A stretch of 52,394 nucleotides of DNA from a virus (taxonomy: Duplodnaviria > Caudoviricetes), in the IMG/VR virus record IMGVR_UViG_3300042291_001547, positions 1 to 52,394 of that record. The stretch is one strand, 5' to 3'. The number at the start of each line of letters is the position of its first letter. Position 1 is the first letter of the stretch. The notes beneath the pieces were generated by a model. That model had not been told where the DNA came from. It saw only the letters and a list, made by a program, of their open reading frames with translations, and ran no database searches. Shown here piece by piece: positions 1 to 6,753 of the stretch. The translations under genes and the position numbers were made by a program.

Positions 1-31
1 GTGGGCAGGGAGAGGTCCCTGGAGAACAAGC
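1..31. repeat. Terminal direct repeat / circular overlap (left copy)
   Basis: gtgggcagggagaggtccctggagaacaagc matches 52364-52394 at 29/31 positions. Confidence 0.85.
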
Positions 32-261
32 GCAAGTCCCAGGTTGAGGAGCAGGGCGGGTTGTATTTTAAGCAGAAGGGATTGCCCGGGGTGCCTGATC
101 GGTTGTTGCTGATGCCGGTGCCAGAGGAGCACCGGGAGCTGGTGTCGAGGTACGTGAGGTTCGAGGAGTTGAAGTCCAGTGTCGGCAAGTTGTCGCCGAT
201 TCAAGAGCGGGTCATTGGGTGGCTGAGGAAGCGGGGGTATGTCGTCGATGTTGTTGCGTGA
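1..261 (+). CDS. VRR-NUC domain nuclease (resolvase-like)
   Basis: GVPDRLLL...FEELKS..GKLSPIQ..VIGWLRKRGY.VDVV is the typical phage VRR-NUC PD-(D/E)xK pattern; overlaps an SNF2 helicase gene. Confidence 0.85.
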   Translation: MGRERSLENKRKSQVEEQGGLYFKQKGLPGVPDRLLLMPVPEEHRELVSRYVRFEELKSSVGKLSPIQERVIGWLRKRGYVVDVVA

Positions 262-1558
262 TTTTCAGATCGAAGCGATCAGGCGAGGGGCGCAGGGTAA
301 TTTGTACCTGGCGGCTAAGCCTGGGTCGGGTAAGACTGCGGTCGCCGTGCACCTGGCTACGGGTAAGACGTTGGTCGTCACGCCTAAGCGCGTGGTGCCA
401 CAGTTTGAGATTGAGGCGCGCAAGTGGGGGCTGAATTTGACGTTTGCGCATTGCATGGGCAAGGAGGATGCCCGTAAGGCTGCGCTGGAGGCTGATGCTG
501 ACGTGATCGTGGTGTCCCATGACCACTTCCCTTGGTTAGTGAAGAACGTTCCCCTAAAGGCCTGGCAATTCGATCTGGTGGTGTTCGACGAGGCCAGTCG
601 TCTTCGCAATGGCGGGCGACAGGGTGCGGTTGGCTGGAAAGTTATGAACGAGATCCGGCGTAAAACAAAGTCCAGGTTTTTGCTGATGAGCGGGTCCCCG
701 AGACCCGGCACAGCGCATGAGTTGTTTGCACCGGTGTTTTTGTTAGACGGTGGGGTTCGCCTGGGCAACACGCTGGGCGGGTTTCGCACGGCGTACCTTG
801 AGCCGGCGAAGGTGGATCGATACACCGGCCAGGTGTTCAGCTGGCGCCTTCGCGAGGGCAAGGAGGCAGAGCTGTATGAGCGGATACGTGATCTGTTTTA
901 CGCGGTGTCTCCCGATCTTGGGCTGACGTATACCGAGATCGACCGGTGGGTGACGTTGCCTGCGTCGGTGGCCAGCCAGTGCCAGAAGATGGCCAGGTTT
1001 ATGACTGCGGATTTTTTCGACGATGAGATTACCGCGGGCAGCCTGGGCGTTGTTGCCGGCAAGCTGGTCCAGATGTGTTCAGGCGAGGTGTTCAACGATG
1101 CCGGGGGTACCAGCGTTATCCACGATCAGAAGATCCAGGAGCTGCGAAGCATTATCGATGAGATGGACGGCGAGCCGTTGATGGTCGGGTATTGGTATAC
1201 CCATGAGCGGGAACGGCTGCTGCGAGAGTTTCCAGGCGCGGTTGATATCACTACCGACGAGGGGCTTGAGGCGGCGAAGGCGGGCAAGGTGTCTGTCGCG
1301 CTGATCCATCCCCAGTCCGCTGGCCACGGGATCGATGGACTGCAGCAGCACTTCAGCGCCCTGGCGTTTTACACGTGTCCGCACAGCTACGAGTATTACG
1401 ACCAGCTGATCAAGCGGATTGCGCGAAGCGGGCAGAGGGAGACGGTGAGGGTGTTCCGGATTGTGGCGAGTAACGGGATTGCGGACGTCCGTGTCCTTGA
1501 GGCGCTGGGGAGGAAGGAGCAAGAGCAGGAAGCGTTTTACGGTTTTCTTAACACCTGA
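248..1558 (+). CDS. SNF2-family (SF2) helicase
   Basis: Walker A PGSGKT, motif II VFDEAS, motif III MSGSP, C-terminal HPQSAGHGIDGLQ and QLIKRIARSGQ; ORF open from 239, ATG at 248 assumed. Confidence 0.9.
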   Translation: MLLRDFQIEAIRRGAQGNLYLAAKPGSGKTAVAVHLATGKTLVVTPKRVVPQFEIEARKWGLNLTFAHCMGKEDARKAALEADADVIVVSHDHFPWLVKNVPLKAWQFDLVVFDEASRLRNGGRQGAVGWKVMNEIRRKTKSRFLLMSGSPRPGTAHELFAPVFLLDGGVRLGNTLGGFRTAYLEPAKVDRYTGQVFSWRLREGKEAELYERIRDLFYAVSPDLGLTYTEIDRWVTLPASVASQCQKMARFMTADFFDDEITAGSLGVVAGKLVQMCSGEVFNDAGGTSVIHDQKIQELRSIIDEMDGEPLMVGYWYTHERERLLREFPGAVDITTDEGLEAAKAGKVSVALIHPQSAGHGIDGLQQHFSALAFYTCPHSYEYYDQLIKRIARSGQRETVRVFRIVASNGIADVRVLEALGRKEQEQEAFYGFLNT

Positions 1559-1926
1559 TTGCAGGCTGGGCAGATTGACTTGCCGCGTCGCCTGGATACC
1601 GCCCTGGATATCGCGGCCTGGCTGATGCCGACAAATTTGGCTGCCCGGTAAGCCGTCCAGCCTTTGTCCTGCATCAGGCGTAGCGCCTGGTCGGTTCGGT
1701 AGAAGGGCGAGCCTGTCGCCACCTCGATTTCGGATTCCGGTTCGGCGACTACGTAGACGTGTTCGGTGTCCCATTCGCCTGGGTTATTAGCCCAGACCTG
1801 AGCCTTCCACCGGCCGTCTTCCAGAGTGGCCGAGTACGCCTCGGCCTCCCCGGTTTCCATGTGAGCAATCAGTTTCTCGCGTACGTTGTCAGACCAAGGC
1901 AGGTCTAAAAATTCCTGTCGGTTCAC
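1537..1926 (-). CDS. DNA-binding protein with C-terminal HTH and CxxC
   Basis: TAYRAAKFVGISQAAISRA (HTH), CPAC; GTG at 1926 with GGAG RBS overlaps the DUF932 stop. Confidence 0.7.
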   Translation of the reverse strand: MNRQEFLDLPWSDNVREKLIAHMETGEAEAYSATLEDGRWKAQVWANNPGEWDTEHVYVVAEPESEIEVATGSPFYRTDQALRLMQDKGWTAYRAAKFVGISQAAISRAVSRRRGKSICPACNQVLRKP

Positions 1927-2750
1927 GCGGCGACTCCTTTGAGCTGGCGCATACCTTCGGCCAACTGCCACAGCGCGCGGTTAAGCTTGACGTCCTGCTG
2001 AACGCCAGTAACCGGGCGGGTAGTCAACCGGCGTCCGGTCGAAGCACGTCCACCCTGGCCGCCTTTGATCAGGTTTTCCTGGACCACGTTGAAGGTGTTC
2101 CAGAGTGTAGGGGCGGCGTCTTGATGTCTGTGCGGCACCAGGATGCGTTCAGCAGATACCGGAGCGTTGTCGTCCCAACGCAGTTTCAAAGCTTCAGCAG
2201 CAAACAGGCGGCGTTCAGCTGGCAGCAGCTCGATGCCTTTGAACGCCTGCTTGCGGTCTTCGATCTCCTGCACGTTGCGTAGGATCTCGTAACTGCCTTC
2301 GATGACGTTGTCGACGACGTTGCCTGAATGGCGCACACGGACGTCTGTGTTGATGTCGCCGGCGATCAGGCCGTTGCTGCAGACAAAGCGGAAGTACCCT
2401 GCCAGGAGTTGATAAGAGCTGGCGCCGTCGTGACTGTTGATCAGGATGATCTCCGGCACTTCGCCTTCGCTAGTCAGCAGGCTGCGGTGACGCAGGCGCA
2501 CCATGTGACGGGTAAATTCACGCTTACCGACGTCGCGAGTGCGGGACTGGCGAACCTCGTAAGGCGCGAAGCCTTCTTTCCACATACCGCGCAGCACGTC
2601 GATCGTGGGGATGAAGGTGTACTTATCCGAGCGGCTGTGATGCGCTTCGGTGGCCAGCACTGACGGAGCGTAGCGAGCGAACTGTTCGCCAGTGATAGGG
2701 GCGTTGCTGCGAAAAGCGTTGTCTTTCTGGCTGGACGAATATCTGTACAT
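1923..2750 (-). CDS. DUF932/DUF945 family protein
   Basis: APSVLA..AH.SRSDKYTFIPT, HMVRLR, PEIILINSHDGASSYQLLAGYFRFVCSNGL, TLWNTFNVVQEN, LNRALW; GGAGG RBS before ATG 2750. Confidence 0.9.
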   Translation of the reverse strand: MYRYSSSQKDNAFRSNAPITGEQFARYAPSVLATEAHHSRSDKYTFIPTIDVLRGMWKEGFAPYEVRQSRTRDVGKREFTRHMVRLRHRSLLTSEGEVPEIILINSHDGASSYQLLAGYFRFVCSNGLIAGDINTDVRVRHSGNVVDNVIEGSYEILRNVQEIEDRKQAFKGIELLPAERRLFAAEALKLRWDDNAPVSAERILVPHRHQDAAPTLWNTFNVVQENLIKGGQGGRASTGRRLTTRPVTGVQQDVKLNRALWQLAEGMRQLKGVAA

Positions 2751-2766
2751 GGTGACCTCCTGGGTC

Positions 2767-2817
2767 GGACTCATCAGTACCGGCACATACCGGCAGACGC
2801 CTCGCGGCGTTTCGTCC
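2767..2817 (-). ncRNA. Hammerhead ribozyme, type II topology
   Basis: Minus strand reads GGAC-GAAA-CGCC(GCGA)GGCG-UC/-UGCCGGU(AUGU)GCCGGUA-CUGAUGA-GUCC: full core and all three stems pair; GUC cleavage predicted between 2796 and 2795; fills the intergenic space. Confidence 0.93.
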
Positions 2818-3117
2818 TTATGCTGCGACCTGCTTACGTGCGGTCAGGCGGATAACGGTTGAGCCTTCGCCGATGACGGTGTTGGCTTCGACAGCGCTGC
2901 GGAATGCAAAGTTGTCCCAGAGAACGTCTTTCACAGCTGACCAGTTGGTCTGTTTGCGGCCGACTTGCTGGCTGACGGTAACGCGGAACATGTCTGAGTC
3001 GATCTCAGTCAAGCCGGTGGCCAGGATCTGAGCCTTGATTGCGTCTTCCTGATCTTTCAGGTCGGCGATTGCTGAGCGGAGCTGGGCTAACTTGTCTACC
3101 AAAGTTGTTGCTTTCAT
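2818..3117 (-). CDS. Hypothetical early protein (N-terminal coiled coil)
   Basis: 99-aa ORF with GGAGG RBS, in operon orientation. Confidence 0.75.
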   Translation of the reverse strand: MKATTLVDKLAQLRSAIADLKDQEDAIKAQILATGLTEIDSDMFRVTVSQQVGRKQTNWSAVKDVLWDNFAFRSAVEANTVIGEGSTVIRLTARKQVAA

Positions 3118-3156
3118 GCTGTCCTCCTGGGACTCGTTGTTGGGTGGAGCGAGGTC

Positions 3157-3185
3157 ATTAAACTATGCTTGACAGTAACTGTCAA
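3157..3185 (-). promoter_or_regulatory. Sigma70-like promoter overlapping palindromic operator TTGACAGTAACTGTCAA
   Basis: Minus strand TTGACA-17 nt-TTTAAT; perfect 8+1+8 palindrome at 3169-3185. Confidence 0.65.
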
Positions 3186-3324
3186 CTGTTTTGTTGTAAT
3201 CTGGCCAGCCCAGTTCTCCGTTTGATTCCTCCCACAGCGCGACCATCTCGCAGTGGTGGTTCTGGGCAAGTTCCTGGTCGCCGGCACATGCGGTGAGCAG
3301 GATGAGCAGGGGCAGCAGTTTCAC
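3163..3324 (-). CDS. Small lipoprotein (53 aa)
   Basis: GTG start coupled to the upstream stop; MKLLPLLILLTAC signal with lipobox LTAC. Confidence 0.7.
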   Translation of the reverse strand: MKLLPLLILLTACAGDQELAQNHHCEMVALWEESNGELGWPDYNKTVDSYCQA

Positions 3325-3584
3325 TTTACACTCCGTAGGTGCTTCGGCACCGGCTGTTTGGTTTTCTCCAACACGATGTTGTACCCGAGTACCCGGGCAA
3401 CCGGCGCCAGCTTGTCTATCCTCGGCGCGCCTGTCTTGCCTGCCTTCCAGTTGTACAGCGTGCCCCAGTGGCACCCGGCTTGGGTTGCGATATCACGCAG
3501 CCCTTCGTCGCTGTATTTCCACAATTCGTGGATGATATCCACGAATATTGCTTCCCGAGTGTCTTCGTTGAGTTTAAGTTTCAT
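3321..3584 (-). CDS. XRE/Cro-like HTH transcriptional regulator
   Basis: LRDIATQAGCHWGTLYNWKAGKTGAPRIDKLAPVARVLG. Confidence 0.8.
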   Translation of the reverse strand: MKLKLNEDTREAIFVDIIHELWKYSDEGLRDIATQAGCHWGTLYNWKAGKTGAPRIDKLAPVARVLGYNIVLEKTKQPVPKHLRSVK

Positions 3585-3769
3585 CGTGCTTCCCCTAACC
3601 GTCGGTAGTCAGTGTTTTCCTGCCAGGATGGAGTCCTGGATAGGGTTTGCCATTCGCCTGGACGGTGCGACAAACCTTTGTCGCGGAACTCCCACAGCGT
3701 CCAGGGCGTACTTGTGGTCATCGCGTCGGCCGCGTAAGCGGCCATCAATTCTGCGTGTGCGTGTTTCAT
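3581..3769 (-). CDS. Hypothetical phage protein
   Basis: 62-aa ORF with GGAGG RBS, translationally coupled to the next gene. Confidence 0.7.
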   Translation of the reverse strand: MKHAHAELMAAYAADAMTTSTPWTLWEFRDKGLSHRPGEWQTLSRTPSWQENTDYRRLGEAR

Positions 3770-3797
3770 GTTTGTGTCCTCCTGGGACTGGTGGTGG

Positions 3798-4046
3798 TTA
3801 AGCTAAAACTTGTACTTTGCCCAGCAGCTTGACTGCGCCCACTTCGCGCAAAGCGACACCGCCCACGTTGTACTGCTGCCGCTTTGCCCCGGTGCGGCTG
3901 CCATACCCGGTAGCGCCGTTGCCGCCGATGTCGATGACCTTAACCACACGCAGCCGCTTCGGGCTGATCGCCTCGGCCTGAGCCGTCACGACTTCTGAGC
4001 GCCAGCCTGCTGGCGTGTATACTGCAGTGTTGTATCTGATTTGCAT
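3798..4046 (-). CDS. Hypothetical early protein (82 aa)
   Basis: ATG 4046 with GGAGG RBS; the longer ORF call to 4388 would run through the ribozyme and promoter. Confidence 0.7.
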   Translation of the reverse strand: MQIRYNTAVYTPAGWRSEVVTAQAEAISPKRLRVVKVIDIGGNGATGYGSRTGAKRQQYNVGGVALREVGAVKLLGKVQVLA

Positions 4047-4062
4047 TTTGTGTCCTCCTGGG

Positions 4063-4117
4063 ACTTGTTTCGGCCTGCTGAGCCTCGTCAGTAGCGCAGC
4101 GTCAGCGCTATACAAGT
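4063..4117 (-). ncRNA. Hammerhead ribozyme, type III topology
   Basis: Minus strand reads ACUUG-UA/-UAGCGC(UGACGCU)GCGCUA-CUGACGA-GGCU(CAGCA)GGCC-GAAA-CAAGU: full core and three stems; GUA cleavage predicted between 4111 and 4110. Confidence 0.92.
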
Positions 4118-4200
4118 TGCCGGTTTGTCCTGAGAGGCATCCGCCCCGGCTCCTGGTGTTTGGTCTGCGCCAGTCCGCAGTTGTTCGGTGTTGCAAGGCC

Positions 4201-4229
4201 ATTACATAGTACTTAACAGTAACTGTCAA
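4201..4229 (-). promoter_or_regulatory. Early sigma70-like promoter overlapping near-palindromic operator TTAACAGTAACTGTCAA
   Basis: Minus strand TTGACA-17 nt-TGTAAT with AT-rich upstream sequence; 16/17 identity to 3169-3185. Confidence 0.7.
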
Positions 4230-4249
4230 GCAATGTTTATTGATAATAA

Positions 4250-4279
4250 TTTCTATCGATAAAGCAAAAACGATAGAAA
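4250..4279. promoter_or_regulatory. Inverted repeat CTATC-N14-GATAG upstream of the virion operon
   Basis: TTTCTATCG...CGATAGAAA; same core and spacing at 10156-10182. Confidence 0.5.
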
Positions 4280-4381
4280 AAAGCGAATTTAAAAACTGTT
4301 TTACTTCGCGCAAGGCTTGCATTTGCCCATTGACTCGGAGAAACTCCGATTTTGGGAGACCCCTTGTTGAGGACACACAAA

Positions 4382-4603
4382 ATGGCACAAAGAATTGAGA
4401 TCGAGATCGCTGACGACGGCGCTACATCCGTCACTGTGATGATGGACGGCGGAGATCCGCAGATGATGGAGTTCGCCAGCACCGACGAAGCGCTTGACGC
4501 GCTTGGTCAGTTGCTCGCCGGTGAAGAGCCAGGCGAAGACGAGATGTGGAACGAAGAAGCCGCGGCGCGTGAAGCCCAACCAATGATGGAGGAGATGATG
4601 TGA
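4382..4603 (+). CDS. Hypothetical acidic protein
   Basis: GAGG RBS, ATG 4382, first gene of the rightward operon. Confidence 0.7.
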   Translation: MAQRIEIEIADDGATSVTVMMDGGDPQMMEFASTDEALDALGQLLAGEEPGEDEMWNEEAAAREAQPMMEEMM

Positions 4604-4803
4604 TGAAGCAGAAAGACGTTTTCCGTATGGGCAGTGGTGGTCCTACTGGCAGCAACCAGACTCAAGGCAAGGGCGAGATCCCAGGCAAGGTCAGCGTGCC
4701 GATGCCAGGCACTAACGCAACGCAACCTGCGTACAAAAAAATTGGCAACACCGTTAAGTCCGTTCCTGGGTTCAGCGGTGGCGTGATTCCTGGCAAGGTG
4801 TAA
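4600..4803 (+). CDS. Hypothetical Gly/Pro-rich protein
   Basis: Coupled ORF with GGAG RBS. Confidence 0.65.
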   Translation: MMKQKDVFRMGSGGPTGSNQTQGKGEIPGKVSVPMPGTNATQPAYKKIGNTVKSVPGFSGGVIPGKV

Positions 4804-4806
4804 CGC

Positions 4807-5292
4807 ATGGCCGGTCTGATACGTGACGCAGATCGCCGGCAGCACAACCGCAGCGCCGAAGTCGATGACGACGGCGCTCCGCTGCTCGCGACGATAAATG
4901 CTTTTGACGAGCCGATGACGCCCACGCGCGCAGACGGCCGAGGTCATGCAGGCCTGGTATCGGCTAAGCGTCCTGGCACGATCAACCTGAAGTCAGTCGC
5001 CCAGGCGTGTATCGACGCAGGGCTTGACCCGGCGCTGGAGATCGCCCGGGTGCTGTCGACGAAGGTGCCTGTGCTGGACAACAACGGCAACCCGAAGAAA
5101 GACAAAGACGGTCAGCCGATGATGGTCGACCTGATCGACCCGGACACAAAGCTTCGCACGCTGACGCAGCTGCTGGAGTACAACCAGCCTAAGCTTAAGG
5201 CGGTCGAGATGAAGATCTCAGGCACGCTGGATCTGACCAGCGAAGAGCTTGACCAGCGCCTGACAGCGATGCTGTCAAGGGCTAGAAAGTGA
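4807..5292 (+). CDS. Putative terminase small subunit
   Basis: Directly upstream of and overlapping TerL; LLEYNQPKLKAVE and DLTSEELDQRL resemble TerS C-termini. Confidence 0.55.
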   Translation: MAGLIRDADRRQHNRSAEVDDDGAPLLATINAFDEPMTPTRADGRGHAGLVSAKRPGTINLKSVAQACIDAGLDPALEIARVLSTKVPVLDNNGNPKKDKDGQPMMVDLIDPDTKLRTLTQLLEYNQPKLKAVEMKISGTLDLTSEELDQRLTAMLSRARK

Positions 5293-6749
5293 ATGCCGTT
5301 CTGCAGGACATAGACATCACGCTGCTCAGTATCGATGAGCGCCGTGAGGTCTATGACCTGTTGAAGGAAAAGGATCTGCGCGAGAGGCGCAATCGCCTGG
5401 CCAGTTACAAGCCCTACGGCAAACAGCTGGAGTTCCACAACGCCGGGGCGGCGTACCGAGAGCGGCTGTTCATGGCCGCGAACCAGTCGGGCAAGACGTA
5501 CAGCGGCGCCTTCGAGGTTGCCATGCACGCAACCGGTCGTTACCCGGACTGGTGGGCAGGTCTTCGATTTCCCCGGGCTACTCGCTGGATCGTTGGATCC
5601 GAATCTGCAGAACTCACACGTAAAGGCCAGCAGCGCCTGCTGCTCGGACCACCAGAGCTGCGCGAAGAGTGGGGAACCGGGGCAATACCGTACGCGTGCC
5701 TGGTAGACACTAGCACCCGGCAAGGCGTCGCTGACGCAGTGGCCAGCTGTGTCGTCAAGCATGTGTCTGGTGAGAACTCAGTGATCCAGTTCAACAGCTA
5801 CGATCAGGGGCGCAGCAAGTGGCAGGCCGATACAGTTGACGGCGTGTGGATGGACGAAGAGCCACCGCAAACCATCTACTCCGAAGCACTGACGCGCACC
5901 AACGCCACCGGCGGGGTCGCGTTTGTAACGTTCACTCCGCTCATGGGTATGTCGGACGTCGTGCGTCGGTTCCTGCTCGACAAGCCGGACGGCACGACAG
6001 TTACCAACATGACCGTGCACGACGTCGAGCACTACAGCGTCGAAGAGCGTGAGCGGATCATCGCCAGCTACCCGGAGCATGAGCGCGACGCACGTACCAA
6101 GGGCATACCATCGATGGGTTCTGGCCGGGTGTTCCCCCTGGCGGAAGAGGCCGTCGCGATATCAGCTTTTTCCATACCTGATCACTGGCCGCGTATCGTC
6201 GGTATCGACTTCGGTATCGACCACCCAACGGCAGCAGTGTGGATGGCCTGGGATCGTGACGCTGACATCCTGTACGTCACCGACTGTTACCGGGTCAAGG
6301 ACACCGGCATTGTCACTCATGCTGCGTCGATACGCTCTCGAGGCGACTGGGTACCGGTAGCCTGGCCGCATGACGGCTTGCAGCGTGACAAAGGATCAGG
6401 CCAACAGCTGGCCGCACAGTACAAGACGCAAGGCCTGGCCATGCTGAAAGACCGTGCCACTTTCGAGGATGGCAGCAATGGCCTGGAAGCGGGCGTTGCG
6501 CAGATGCTGGAGAGAATGCAGACCCGGCGCCTGCGCGTGTTCAGTCACCTGAGCGAGTGGTTCGAGGAGTTCCGCCTGTACCACCGCAAGGACGGTTTGA
6601 TTGTCGCTAAGATCGACGACCTGCTTGCCGCAACCCGCTATGCTATGATGATGCGCAGGCACGCTAAAACCCAATCAGAAGCATCGTCCCGAGGGTTCTC
6701 CGCTCCGGTAATACCCTTCGACGTTTTCGACCCAGTGACAGGATATTGA
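5289..6749 (+). CDS. terL: Terminase large subunit (P22 gp2-like)
   Basis: ERLFMAANQSGKT (Walker A), GRYPDWW.G.RF, WMDEEP (Walker B), TFTPLMG, GIDFGIDHP nuclease, DDLLAATRYA. Confidence 0.95.
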   Translation: MNAVLQDIDITLLSIDERREVYDLLKEKDLRERRNRLASYKPYGKQLEFHNAGAAYRERLFMAANQSGKTYSGAFEVAMHATGRYPDWWAGLRFPRATRWIVGSESAELTRKGQQRLLLGPPELREEWGTGAIPYACLVDTSTRQGVADAVASCVVKHVSGENSVIQFNSYDQGRSKWQADTVDGVWMDEEPPQTIYSEALTRTNATGGVAFVTFTPLMGMSDVVRRFLLDKPDGTTVTNMTVHDVEHYSVEERERIIASYPEHERDARTKGIPSMGSGRVFPLAEEAVAISAFSIPDHWPRIVGIDFGIDHPTAAVWMAWDRDADILYVTDCYRVKDTGIVTHAASIRSRGDWVPVAWPHDGLQRDKGSGQQLAAQYKTQGLAMLKDRATFEDGSNGLEAGVAQMLERMQTRRLRVFSHLSEWFEEFRLYHRKDGLIVAKIDDLLAATRYAMMMRRHAKTQSEASSRGFSAPVIPFDVFDPVTGY

Positions 6750-6753
6750 TGAC

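Noticed and set aside
4125-4155. CTCTCAGG resembling a glycine riboswitch half
   Set aside because: The matching GGAGA...GCCGAAG half is absent
3798-4388. 196-aa version of the first early ORF
   Set aside because: The extension crosses the hammerhead and promoter; the strong RBS supports ATG 4046
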